Positions 1 to 12,769 of a stretch of 64,000 nucleotides of DNA are shown here, piece after piece. Numbering within the stretch: position 1 is the stretch's first letter; each line of letters begins with the position of its first letter. A program made the translations under genes and the position numbers. A model generated the notes under the pieces. That model saw only the letters and a list, made by a program, of their open reading frames with translations, was not told where the DNA came from and did not search any database. The DNA is taken from contig CM097882.1 of assembly GCA_044892505.1 (NCBI GenBank), forward strand, positions 121,272,001 through 121,336,000, written 5' to 3'. Source of the stretch: Schmidtea nova (Eukaryota).

Positions 1-3000
1 AATTACAATTTTTTATATTCAAACATTTATTAAATTTCGTCACATTTTCTCAGTTACTAATATCATTTTATTGTTATTTTTTTGTTATTTTTGTTATTAT
101 TTTTTTGTTATTTATTGTTATATTTTTTTTATGTATTTCATTAAAACCACTTCCATACCCCCTGACATCTGTTCTGGCCTTGTGCCGTACGGGTGAAAGT
201 AATCTGAGCGGATCGCTGGTTCGATTCGTAATCGATCAGCCCATTTTTCCGACTTCAGGTGATACGCCAAAACATCCATGACCACTTCATCCCAACTGGG
301 GAACAGTGGTTTGGCCAAGGGCAAGGTTTTTTATTAATGATTGACAATTTATATTAATGTATTTTATCTGAATTATATTTTATAACATATTGTGAAATAA
401 ATAAAAAAAAATCGATACTTCAGCAAAAAACACTAACGTAATACGTCCAGTAATGTCTTTTCCACCATAAAATTTATCAGCACAAAAATATCGAACTCGT
501 TATTCGCTTTCACTCTCATCACAATTGTCATCTTATCAGAATATACAAGTCGAATAAAAGTCAATATTGAAAAGAGAATCGTTCAAAATAATACTCAAAA
601 CCGATAAAAATAATTACTACGAAACGAAATATGAAAACAAGTATTGATTTATTTGAACTGAACCTCCTTGAATGCATAGTTATCGAAATAATTTACTCCA
701 GTGAACCTTGGTTTCGGGAGCCTGAAGTTCTCAAGTGAAGTATCTCGAAAAATTCGCGCGCACTTTGTTCGGGAAATTCACGCTCGAACGAAACAAAAAT
801 TCACCTTACTTGATGTCGAAAGCTATTATGAATTAGAGAGTTGATTTTGAATGATAACCGAACGAAGATACAAAAGCTGAAATCAAAAATTTATTGTGAA
901 AATTACTTTAGATCAGCAGATTTCAATCCTTGTGAAAAATTACTGATCAAGAAGTTTATTATAAAAACATTTGTATGAAAGTGGATAAATTTTATGTTAT
1001 TATTTATCTGAATTTATTTAGGAAAATTTATGAATTATAATTTATTTATTGTGTAAACTTCATGGAAATTACAATTTTTAATTATAAAACCAAAATTTAC
1101 TTTTTAGGAATCATATCATGGAAAAATTTAAAGCAAAAAAACTATTTTTTATTCTCTTTAAAAAGTGAAAAAATTATAAATTAAGTCCTTGTATTAGTTT
1201 GTAAAATTAAAAATTTTTTTATATTAAATTATAAAAGGTATAAATCGAAAATTTTATTGTATTTCATAAAATTAAAATTAAAAAAAAAAATTAGCTAAGA
1301 AGATTTATGGATACTAAAATTGTTACTTTATTGAAAATTTATTTATATTTAATTATATTTAATTAATTTATTAGTTTATAAACAAAACCCCACGATATCA
1401 CAAAATATATAATACACCTATACTTGCAAAGCAATACATCCATACCATTCATTAACACTATCCATACTAATACCACATGCAACATTTATCAAAATACAAT
1501 ACACACACTACTCATTTCAATCAATAGGATCTCGTATACTAGATAATACAATAAACAATATATCCACTCACCAACATACACAACGTGATTTCATCTAACA
1601 GTATCCACTAGCATCATACATCCAGACAATCCCCCCCAGTGTTCATACAATCACATCCATTGTTTATCGCCTATTGCGGTAGTATCATTTACAATATACA
1701 AACACATACGATCACACAGACAGATATCCATAATAGACCTAACATGGTATATATACATACAAACTTGCACTTAGTATGACCACATAATCCACATTCAAAC
1801 CATCCTTCTAAAATTTTAAGCAAACGCGTTGACGTAAATCACCAAACTTATACACAAATTTAATCACAAGCACTATTATAAATTTACGAAAAGAAAAATA
1901 TAAGAGGAGAAAAATTTATTAAATAACAACTTAAACTGAAATAAGAATAAACTAAATATAATGTACTAACGACAGAGATGGTTTGTTTTAGAAGTTTCTT
2001 TTAATTAGATCCAAAAAAGTATAAATTCCAACAGTTATCGTTCGTGGGAAATCTTCTGGGACCGATGTGTAGGATCATTTTCCAAGAAGGAAGTACCGAG
2101 ATCTCGGTGCTGGAGTCTGAGACAGATTGCATCATCATTTGAATATTTGGATCTGAGATATATTTCAGTGGTGTAATCCAGTGGTGTAATCCAAATTATT
2201 TTGAAAAGCCACGAAATGACATTGTTGATTGAATTGAAATTCTATCGCCACTTCTATTAAATGCATTTTGAATTCTCTTCAATTTTTCTTTTGCATAAAA
2301 TTTTCGAACAATATATTTCGAGATCTGCTATCTTTTGGTTGGAGATCTTCACCCTGGTAATTTCCCTCGACTCGTTAACTTGATAGTGAGGCTTAAGTCC
2401 TTAAAATGTTATTATATAAACGAAATAGAATAAATTACCAGTGTATTCAGTTGATTTGAGGGAAATCTCCTTCCTAAAAATAACTATCTGAAATCGATAG
2501 TTATAATATAGAATTTAAATTGCCATAATAGAAATTACCCAATAGGAATTAAGGAATCTTGCTTACCCGTCTATATAAAATTTTTTTCGATCGGGGGAAC
2601 ATGGATATCCTTGACGGGAAGAGGTAGGAATTTTATTCTATAGGTGAGATATAATTTAGGATGCTAAATATTGACAAAAATTTGTAAAAAATCTTAAAAG
2701 ATTTTTTTTAATATAAAGTTAGTAACAAATTATGTAATTACTTGTTGCCGTTGTCAAGGCCTCGGCAAATTTTTGAAAATTCAGAAATTAAAGTTTTAAT
2801 AAAGTTATCATTATAAATATATTTTAAATACAGCAAGATAGACATTATGTATAGGGGATAAGTAAAATTTACTTAAATTTACTGACACAAAAATATACAA
2901 ATTTTAAAAAAAACCTGGAAAATAATAAAGTTTAGTTAAAATCAACAGAAATCAAATACCCCGAATATATGTGTTGATAAAAGATGATTCGATTCCCGAA

Positions 3001-3429
3001 TTGAATTTGCGATGATATGTTTGAGTACGAGCTTACGAATAGAGTAAATGTGCGAAAATTCCCGAGAATTTGGATATATACCATGCATAATGATTGTTTG
3101 GGACAAATTAATATATTTTTATTGATGAAATTATTTCATTTTTGCCAATTTAAAATGGATATCTGTAGTTAATTCATTGAAGAAGGAACAGAATGGACAT
3201 TAAACCTTATATCGGTAGTCCTTGGACCCAGGAGATATTCGGTCAATCATAGTTTCGAAATTTCGACGCTCACTGATTGCGAATATTCACCAGAGGAATC
3301 GAACCCGGTCCAAGGTTAGTTAAGAAAATTCAAGATATCGAGATTCCAAGGAACAAGAAAGAGGTCAAATGTTTCGTTGGGTTAATCAATTATATTGGAC
3401 GATTAATATCCAATTTCTCACAAAATATA

Positions 3430-3916
3430 TCATTCATTTAGTAAAGTAGTAATGGTACATTTGCTAACATTTAACCTTGTCGTCATTTCTCTGGTAGTTA
3501 TTCTGCGTTCCTTTTGCACTAGTTCTTTCAGCTTTTGAGTTATTTCTGAGCTGATTTCAAAAGGCCTTCCAGATCTTTCATCATCCATTACAGACGTCCT
3601 ACCTCTTTGGAATTCATTATACCAACGTTGTATTGTAGCTATGGATGGACAGTCTTCAAAATACTCAGCTTTCATTTCGTTGAATATATCTTCTCTACTT
3701 TTTCGTTGGAGGAATAAAAACCTAATTACTCTCCGATATTGTACAATTTCTAAGGACATTTTCGAAATATTACAATTTAAATCTAAAAAAAATTAAGTAA
3801 AATAAAACAAACATTATTGAAGAAACCCATACATTGCGTAGTTTTTAAATTCAAAAATTTGTAGAGTTTAAAGTTGTTTTTCTTTGTAAGGCTCATGACT
3901 TATCGGACACCACGCA
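3430..3916 (-). mobile_element. Tc1/mariner transposon 5' fragment (left end plus N-terminal HTH region of transposase), 3'-truncated
   Basis: ORF 3430-3759 (YRRVIRFLFLQ...PSIATIQRWYNEFQRGRTSVMDDERSGRP) matches the mariner paired-like HTH pattern. The upstream end reads TA|TGCGTGGTGTCCGATAAGT, which is mariner TIR-like. No DD34D region follows. Confidence 0.85.
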
Positions 3917-3979
3917 TATATTATTATTATTGTATATATATTCTTATATATATTATTCTTATATATATATTCTTCATTT

Positions 3980-4135
3980 CTAATAAATGAATGTTAATAT
4001 TGTCCCGAATCTGGAGATAAATGCTTCTGGAGGATCGCTGAAAGCTTGTATCATTGATGTTTTAATTTCTTCATAACTAATATCTTCGTTTTTCGCTGCT
4101 TCCTTCAAAGTGATGAATGCCTTTCCTATCATGAC
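3980..4135 (-). pseudogene. 3' half of a gag-like relic ORF split by the Polinton-like insertion
   Basis: Joining this to 15469-15606 across one CATGAC copy gives a continuous 95-aa frame: MIKDILSAIKCFDGENMKIDEWFDKFELIYKLHKFNGKKEILPAVM|IGKAFITLKEAAKNEDISYEEIKTSMIQAFSD..., resembling a retrotransposon Gag N-terminus. Confidence 0.65.
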
Positions 4136-4809
4136 AGTAGAGTAGGGGGAGCGCCCAGAAACAGGAACTGCCCCCCCATAAAAAATTTTACCCCCCCTTA
4201 AAAAATTTTTTTAACTCCCCCTGTTCTTGTTTTTAATTTTTATTAAAATTTTTGTTTAAATGAAGTGAATTTCTTTTTATTTTTTATTTTGTTTAAATGA
4301 AGTCTTTTTATTTCTTTTTCTTTTCTTTTATTTTCTTTTTAATTTATTTATTTTAATTTAATTTTAATTTATTTTTTTTTAATTTATTTATTTTTATTTT
4401 GTTGGGCCCGCCAAATAGGCTAAAACAACAACAATAAAACAAAAAGTTAAAATAATAATAAAATAATAAACACAGAAATAGCAATAAAGAAAAAATTAAA
4501 AATAGAAATAAAATAGTAAATAATATTTAATAAATTTCCAGCAAAAGGAAATTTTAAAAATAAAACGGAAATAAGCAGTAAGGGGGGCCTGAATAGAGAA
4601 AATTAGAAATTAAATAAAATAATAGTGCAAGTAATTAATTAATTATTTGAAAAACCAGGACCACCCAGCGAGAAACCGGAAAAGGAAGTAAATAATATTT
4701 AGATTTAAAAAAAATAGTAAAAACACTTTGATGGACGGTCTGATCCTGATTGGTCAATCTGACCAGCAGGATCAGTATAAATACCGATCCGAAAATCATA
4801 ACTTAACTG

Positions 4810-5064
4810 TTAACTTTTATAAAAACACACTTTTACACTTTTGAATTTTTGAAAGTTTGAAGATACTTTTAATCTACGCAAGATATTTTCTAAACCATTA
4901 TTGTAAAAACTTGAATCTACCCTCGGAGAAACTACGAAGTAAATTTTGTTTATTGTATCATTGTTGATTTTGTACCCGGATTTCATTATTAAATTATTTA
5001 AATGTTGAATTTTGTTTTTTATAATTTTAACCATGCATATAGACATGCTTCCTTGGCTGCTCAC
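4810..5064 (-). CDS. Hypothetical small ORF inside the Polinton-like element
   Basis: 84-aa ORF from the track with a non-ATG start; no recognisable motif. Confidence 0.2.
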   Translation of the reverse strand: MSSQGSMSICMVKIIKNKIQHLNNLIMKSGYKINNDTINKIYFVVSPRVDSSFYNNGLENILRRLKVSSNFQKFKSVKVCFYKS

Positions 5065-5824
5065 GCGGCAAGGGAGCCCGAGTCGTCGTTGTGGGGCTTC
5101 ACGGTCTCACATGGCGGTTCCACCTTTTTCTGTTTTAATATTTTAGATTATTCTGACAATGTCAATTTATAAATCTGCGTTTAAAATTTTTTAGCATTTA
5201 AGGTTGCACAATGGATGAGTTGCCTAAATGTGAAGGGAATAATGCAGGGGGCTGCCTGATGGCAAGGGACATCTCCCAGGTACCAGATACCTTTTTCCCC
5301 AATGTGTGATCGGAATGTATGAGTTACCGTTCCAAGAAAGAGATGTGAATAAAATTTACTAGTAAAAAAAGCGCATCGACAATATACCCAGAGATAAACA
5401 AATTCAAATAGGGCAAAGTACGTCTAACTAGTCGAACGAATTGAATGCGAAAACTTATGAGTTTTTAGGATAATAGACTATTCACCTAATTTCAGTGTTG
5501 AGGGTAGAGATCGATCGTACACACCCACTGATCCGTGATACAGAGGCCAGATCGCATCAGACAACGTTGGAATGTGATTAAATTCGAGTAAAATAGCATT
5601 ATCTTGATCGCTGTAAATAGCGCAAGAATTCCCCAATAATTTGAGAATTTAAATTTCATAGTTACCCTGATCGCTGTATATAGCGCAGGGCCAAGTGACG
5701 AATATTGTATTCCGACCGTGGTACATCACGGCGAAGATAATTTGAATAATTAAAGATTTAACATATTTTCTTTTGCATTAAATAAATAATATCTATGATA
5801 AGTTAACAAGTTCAAATAGCACAG

Positions 5825-6232
5825 ATGACAATAACCAATATAAATCATAAGCTAACCGAACTCAGGAATTCGGTGGAGACGATCAATGAAAAGGAAACGT
5901 CTGCCATATTCAAGGAGCTTCCACCTCGGATTTTGCGCACCATCAACGCGCAAGTTTACAAATGGCGCCGAGGGTTTAATCGGAGATGTCCATTCTCCAT
6001 TTGGGCGGACAAGAGAGATCATATATTCTACCGGGGCGGACCGGATTGGCCAATTTCGAGAAAGCCCTATTCAAAGAGATTTGGACAGATGGTCATCTTG
6101 ATAAATGATGTAGAAGGACGACCGAATCAGATAATCTACTGGGGACACATCCCACGAAAGGAATTGCGCAAATTAGGACTGCAAGCGTTCATACCGCGGA
6201 AATCTTTCGGAAGAGAATGCAATGATGGATAA
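5825..6232 (+). CDS. Hypothetical 135-aa protein inside the Polinton-like element
   Basis: ATG-initiated, protein-like composition, higher GC than the flanks. It overlaps the ATG of a following ~55-aa hydrophobic-tailed ORF (MMDNLHFHG...IIVLIFCLCCILF). Confidence 0.4.
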   Translation: MTITNINHKLTELRNSVETINEKETSAIFKELPPRILRTINAQVYKWRRGFNRRCPFSIWADKRDHIFYRGGPDWPISRKPYSKRFGQMVILINDVEGRPNQIIYWGHIPRKELRKLGLQAFIPRKSFGRECNDG

Positions 6233-7329
6233 TCTCCATTTTCATGGGCCAGGCTTCGAAGAATACCGATTAATCATGAATTGCACATCCTATTCCGACG
6301 ACCTTAACTCTGACGATTTAATAATAATAAATAGCTTAATAAAGATCATAGTGTTGATATTCTGTCTTTGTTGTATTTTGTTCTGACAATAATTAGTTAA
6401 TTTTAGTAATTCTAAATAATACTTTAACGTAAGAGTAGTCTTCGCCCAAAATTTGCAAAGTCAGGTAGACCGGCTTCACAAACTATCCGAGGAGGAATTA
6501 TTAAATGAAGTGTTCCCCCCAGAAGAAATTTTTAGCAGCTTAATAGAAAAATAAATGAAATGTTGAAATGTTGTCGTTTTTGCTATTTCTTAAATTAGTT
6601 GAATAACAAAAATAAAGTAGATAAATAATTATAAGGGCAAAAAATTAGAAAACTTCACGCGAATTTTATATATAGTAAAGGAATGAAATAAACATAATAA
6701 AGATCAATTCTCCAGATTTTATGTGAATTAAATAGCATACCATTAAAGCGTAAGTCCTTCTAACGGCAGCAATGAACCCGTAAACATAAATGGGGAGTAG
6801 TACTAGCAATAGTGCTCACCTGCCCATCATTGTTTAACCACCCTGCGCATCACCAACTTGATTATCCAGGGAAATAATCAAGGGCGCTTGAGTGTAAAAT
6901 CGCACATTTTATGTATGATCATGGATGAGGGATCCCTAGTCATGGTTAGAACATTTTTCATCTAACCCCTCCATGAACCCAGCAATTTTATNNNNNNNNN
7001 NNNNNNNNNNNNNNNNNNNNNNNNNNNNNNNNNNNNNNNNNNNNNNNNNNNNNNNNNNNNNNNNNNNNNNNNNNNNNNNNNNNNNNNNNNNNNNNNNNNN
7101 NNNNNNNNNNNNNNNNNNNNNNNNNTTAATTTATTTTTACTTAATTTATTTTTATTTTAATTTATTTTAAATTAATTTATTTTTATTTAATTTTATTTTA
7201 TTTTAATTTATTTATTTTAATTTTATATTAATTTATTAATTTTTTTAATTTATTTTATTTTAATTTATTTATTAATTTAATTTAATTTATTTTAATTAAT
7301 TTATTTTAATTTAATTTATTTTAATGTAT

Positions 7330-9505
7330 TTTTTGTACAGAATTTTTGATCTGGTTATTTTGTAAAGGATTTTCTACTCCTAGATTTTCTAGGGCAAAAA
7401 GGGACTCTGGGTTTTTTGTACAGGAATTTTTGAATTGGATTTTTGATCTGGATTTTTGAATACAATATTTTGGTCTGGTATTTTTGGATAGGATTTTCAA
7501 CTCCGAGATTTTCTCGGGCAAAAAGGGACTCTACAGGAAATTTTTATACATGAATTTTTGGTCTGGCATTTTTGTATAGGATTTTGGTCTGGTTATTTTG
7601 AATAGGATTTTCAACTCTCAGATTTTTCTCAGGCAAAAAGGGACTCTGGTATTTTGAACTGAAATTTTAATGGTAAATAAAAAACACGTATAAATTTTAA
7701 AACTAGTAAAATACATTGAAATTATTTTGAATAGGATTTTCAACTCCCATATTTTTCTAGGGCAAAAATAGACTCTGGTAATTTTGAACTGAAATTTTAA
7801 TGGTAAATAAAAAACACGTGAAAATTTTTTAAACAAGTAAATTATCTTTAAAGTATTTTGTATAGGATTTTCTACTCCCAGATATTTTCTAGGGCAAAAA
7901 TAGACTCTGGTAATTTTGAACTGAAATATATATTTTAATGGTAAATAAAAAACACGTGCATATTTTTCAAACTAGTAAAATACATTGAAATTATTTTGAA
8001 TAGGATTTTCAATTCCAACAATTTTCTCGGGCAAAAAGAGACTCTGGTAATTTTGAAATATGATTTTTGGTCTCGTATTTTTGTATAGGATTTTTAGTCT
8101 GGTATTTTTGAAAATAATATTTTGGTCGGTGAAAATCAAAAAATTAAAAAGTGGTCAGAATTCAATAATTTTTATATCAATCTACTGAGAATTGAAAGGC
8201 AAATAAAAATGGTCAAAAATTAAAAAACATGAAAAATTGATCTCATCCGACCAATTTTTACATGTAAAAAGGGTCAACTCGGAGAATTTCCAAAAATCAA
8301 AAATGCTCAGAATTCAAAAATTTTTATACCAACCTACTGAGAATTGAAAGGCAAACAAAAAAGGGTCAAAAAGTAAAACCTGAAAATTTTGACTTATCCG
8401 ACCCAATTTTTGACGTAAAAATGGTCGACTCGGGGAAATTCCAAAAAATCAAAAAGGCTCAGAATCAAATAATTTTTATACCAATCTATTGAGAATCGAA
8501 TGGCAAACAAAAAAGGGTCAAAAAGTAAAAACATGAAAATTTTGACTTATCCGACCAATTTTTACACGTAAAAAGGGTCATAAATAAAAAAATTAAAAAG
8601 TGGACAGAATTCAATAATTTTTATACCAATCTACTGAGAATTGAAAGGCGAACAATAAAGGTTAAAAAATTAAAATCATGAAAAAATCAAAATTTTATAC
8701 GGGAAATGTCAGTCTCAGTAAAAATAGGTAAAATACTTAAAAACGTGGAAATATTTAAAAAAAAATTTTTTTTTAACTAAATAATTAAATCTAAATAAAT
8801 TTATGATAATTAAATAAAAAAGTAAATAATTACTATACGAATTTCAAAACTCAGTAAATAATTCACTCATTATTTTGTATTGAATTTATCAAGTAAAATA
8901 AAAAGTAAATTAAAGTTAGAATTTTAAAATAATTTGTACTGGATTTTTGAAAAATGGTAAAGTAAATAAATTAAAGATAGAATTTTAAAAATAATTATGA
9001 ATTTAAGGACAAATAGAATTATAAGTAAATTAAGAATAAAAAAAAAGTAAATTAAGAAAGACGTGTGTTTTAATGTCATAATTTTAAAATGAATTGGTTT
9101 CAAATGAACTTTTAAAGGTAATATTTGAAAAAATGTGAGAATATTTAATTATTTTTTAAATTTTTTAAAGTAAAATTTTTTAACAATAAAGTCAATGTAG
9201 AATTTTTTAACAATAAAATCAATGTAAAATTTTTTAATTAATAAATACAAAGTAAATATTTTTTCACAAGTAAATATTTTTCACAAGTAAAATTTTTAAC
9301 TAATAAATACAAATCTAATTGTTTTTCAATATGATGTTTTTTAAGGAAATGATCAAATAACAACAAATTAATGTAGTAAATAAAACACATGTAAATATTG
9401 AATTTACTTAGAATAAAAATAGTTATTAAACAAGAGTTGTTACAATTTTGTATACTAAGTTAAAAAATATCGATTAATGACATAAAGTTTTAAAAATAAA
9501 CGTAA
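7330..9505 (+). repeat. Left arm of a ~2.2-kb internal inverted repeat with modular ~120-bp subrepeats
   Basis: Reverse complement of ~12770-14960. Mirror ORFs 7618-7836(-) and 14444-14662(+) differ by one residue. Subrepeats GGGCAAAAAGGGACTCTGG and AAAAGGGTCAAAAAGTAAAA recur. Confidence 0.9.
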
Positions 9506-9679
9506 TAATTNNNNNNNNNNNNNNNNNNNNNNNNNNNNNNNNNNNNNNNNNNNNNNNNNNNNNNNNNNNNNNNNNNNNNNNNNNNNNNNNNNNNNNNNNN
9601 NNNNNNNNNNNNNNNNNNNNNNNNNNNNNNNNNNNNNNNNNNNNNNNNNNNNNNNNNNNNNNNNNNNNNNNNNNNNNNN

Positions 9680-10980
9680 CTAAGTACCAACAATAAACCG
9701 ATCAACTAACTAATAATTTCATTACACACAGAAATCAACCACTGACTAGTAACTGATCAAATGCTAACTGACTCTATCCACAAATCAACAATCGACTAGT
9801 TACTTTCCAGTTACCAACTGACTCTATGTATTAACCAACTAGGAAATTGTTCCATGTGGCAATCTCTTCCTATTAACTATATATCAATTAATCCAATCCC
9901 ATTAGTTAACAAATAGTACAATTCCTTACTTACTAACTTTATCTATACTAACCAACTAGCTAACTATACATACTAACCAGCAACCAATACCTTACTAACC
10001 AACATGAACCAACAAATTCTATTAATTAATCTTGTACCAACCAACCAACTACATTAACCAACTAACTAACTAAACACTAACTATCAACCAATTCCTTACT
10101 TCCCAACTAACTCTTCTCATTAACCAACTAGTTCTATTCATTAATCCTATACTAACCAACCAGCCACTCACTCTTTACACACTAACCAGTATTCAATTCC
10201 TTACTAACCAACTAGTTCTATACATCAACCAACTAACTCTTCACATTAACCAAGTAACTTTATTCACAAATCACCAACCAACTAACTAACTATACATACT
10301 AACCAGCAACCACTTCCTTACTAACCAACTAGTTATATACATCAACTAACTAGTTCTATCCATTAATATTATACCTATCAGTCTACCAACCAACCAACTA
10401 ACTAACTATACATACTAACCATCAATCAATTCCTTACTAACCAACTAGTTATATACATCAATCAACTAGTTCTATACATTAATCTTATACCTATCAATCT
10501 ACCAACCAACTACACTAACCAACTAACTAGCTATACATACTAACCAGCAACTAATCTCTTACTTACTAACTAGTTCTATACATCAACCAACTAGTTCTAT
10601 TCATTATTCTTGTACCAACCAACCAACTACATTAACCAACTAACTAACTAAACACTCTAACTATCAACCAATTCCTTACTTCCCAACTAATTCTTCTCAT
10701 TAACCAACTAGTTCTATTCATTAATCCTATACTAACCAACCTGCCACTCACTCTACACACTATTCATCCAAGTACTTACCAACTACTTCTATACATTAAC
10801 CAACTAGTTCTATACATTAACCAACTAGTTCTATACATTAACCAACTAACTCTATTCATAAATCAACAACAGACTAGTTAATTATTAAATATCAATTGAT
10901 TCTATCCACAATCTACTAGTTAAATCAACTAATCGGATACCAACTGACTCTATATATTAAACAAATAAATCTTCACTCTA
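9680..10980. repeat. Degenerate (ACCA/ACTA)-rich, G-poor minisatellite
   Basis: Repeated AACCAACTAACT and ACTAGTTCTAT motifs; a ~150-bp block at ~10025-10175 recurs at ~10605-10755. Confidence 0.85.
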
Positions 10981-11689
10981 AGGAAATTGTTCCACGTATC
11001 AATTAACTCTTCGCATTAACTAGATATGATATTTAAAACTAACTGATTCTAAATGTCGTGTCATAAAATTAAATTTATTACTTTGAATAATTGAATTAAT
11101 CTTTAGTTGATTATCAGTTTTTAAAAAGGTATACTAATATCTACGTTGTTAAAATGAAATATTTTATTAATTAAAGTTCTTTAAATTTTGAATATATTTA
11201 AAATGCAAATGACTTTTAATACAAAGCTCTATTGAAATCATTGTTCATCTAATTCTTCACTTGATAACTAACATTAAAAATTAATTTAAAAACCATTAGA
11301 AAAACCCTGTTAACTATGTAATTCTATTAAAATGATAAGATACGCAACTAATGAAATATTTCTTGATACTTCTTATTACATGTTCAAATTATTTCTTCAC
11401 TCCGTTAATTTAAAGGATTAAATAAATAAATATTCAATTAATTTGAATTTAACTTTAGAATGTTATTACAAAAATAAATATATACAATTTAAAAGATACG
11501 TACATTTTCATTTCTATTCTTCTTGGATATATTTTCTTGTGTAAAATAATTATTCATGTTTTCTTCATTAAAATAGTTAATCATATTTTCTTGCATAAAT
11601 TCTTTGTTGATTGTCAATAAATTCTAAAAAATAATAAAAATTAATTCAAAAATTTCAATACAAATATTTATTTATTAAACATTTTTTAA

Positions 11690-11875
11690 CCACTCTAAAC
11701 TGTGCTACCACGTGTAACATTTTTGTCATCGGATTCTGGTATCAGATTCTGTTATATTCAATTCACATCAGCATTGACGATACCTTTTTCAACATTGTAG
11801 GCGGATAATAAAATCCCATTGGATCAAACATGCGTATTTTATTGGGTTTCACATAAATTGCAATCATGAAAATAT
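11690..11875 (-). pseudogene. Decayed adenain-like (Polinton PRO) cysteine protease relic
   Basis: Across frameshifts it reads (H)-IAIYVKPNKYA / MFDPMGFYYPP / IEYNRI*YQNP / VT(R)G. This resembles the HW.AIY...FDS.G..P...YN..YQ....CG pattern of Polinton proteases. Confidence 0.5.
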
Positions 11876-11889
11876 AATTTTAATCTTAT

Positions 11890-12340
11890 GCAGGTAAAAA
11901 CCATCACAAAAGAGGTTCTGATACAAAATAATCTGCTACTTGATAAAAAATGATGAAAATTCAAAAATATTGGTATATAAGTGAATATACAGTATGAAGC
12001 TTTTACAGGTAAAAACCATCACAAAAGAGGTTCTGCTACTAAAGGTTCTGTTACTAAATGTTCTGCTACTAGATAAAAATGATGAAAATTCAAAAATATT
12101 GGTATATGAGTGAAAATATATAGTATGAAGCTTTTACAGGTAAAATCCATCACAAAAGATGTTCTGATACTAAAGGTTCTGCTACTAAATGTTCTGCTAC
12201 GGGATAAAAAATGATGAAAATTCAAAAGAAAATATTGGTATATGAGTGAAAATATATAGTATGAAGCTTTTACAGGTAAAAACCATCACAAAAGAGGTTC
12301 TGCTACTAAAGGTTCTGCTAGGAAGGTTCTGCTAGTAGAA
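11890..12340. repeat. Tandem repeat, about 4 units of 113-135 bp containing a 15-bp subrepeat GGTTCTGCTACTAAA
   Basis: The unit start CAGGTAAAA(A)CCATCACAAAAGA recurs near 11891, 12005, 12137 and 12272. Confidence 0.85.
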
Positions 12341-12769
12341 AATAGACTGAAAAATTGTCTAAATGGGTGAAAATATTAATTAGCTTTGAAGTGTTAAAAC
12401 AGAATGGTTCTCGTCTACTTTTCAACGGATTTTCTCAATAGATTAATCACTTCAATTGGCCATCCCAGTTTCAACTTCTTTTTAGTGAAATTTGAATAAA
12501 TTTACCCTTTGTGTATTTTCAACTAAAGAACCTATCAATTTGAATATTTTCCTTGATAAATACATCATTCGAATGAATGTTCCATCATTTTTATTTTCAT
12601 CTTTAAAAGCTTTTCAAGTTACTGAGTACTATGAATTTTAGGAATTTTCATCTTTTTATGTTATTTCTTAGCTGAATTTATTTATTGTAATTACCAATTG
12701 AATTTTCTCCAATTATTGAACCTTTTTCAGTGGAATTCTCATTAAAGCTTTTACAATTCTAAATTTATA

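Noticed and set aside
118-900. Short ORF 118-324 and a coding-like stretch at 700-900
   Set aside because: No family recognised and the frames are interrupted.
7330-8700. CRISPR-like repeat-spacer array
   Set aside because: The modules are degenerate tandem repeats without unique spacers, in a eukaryotic context with no cas genes.
9680-10980. Interstitial telomeric repeat
   Set aside because: The units are ACCA/ACTA variants, not (CCTAA)n or (CCCTAA)n arrays.
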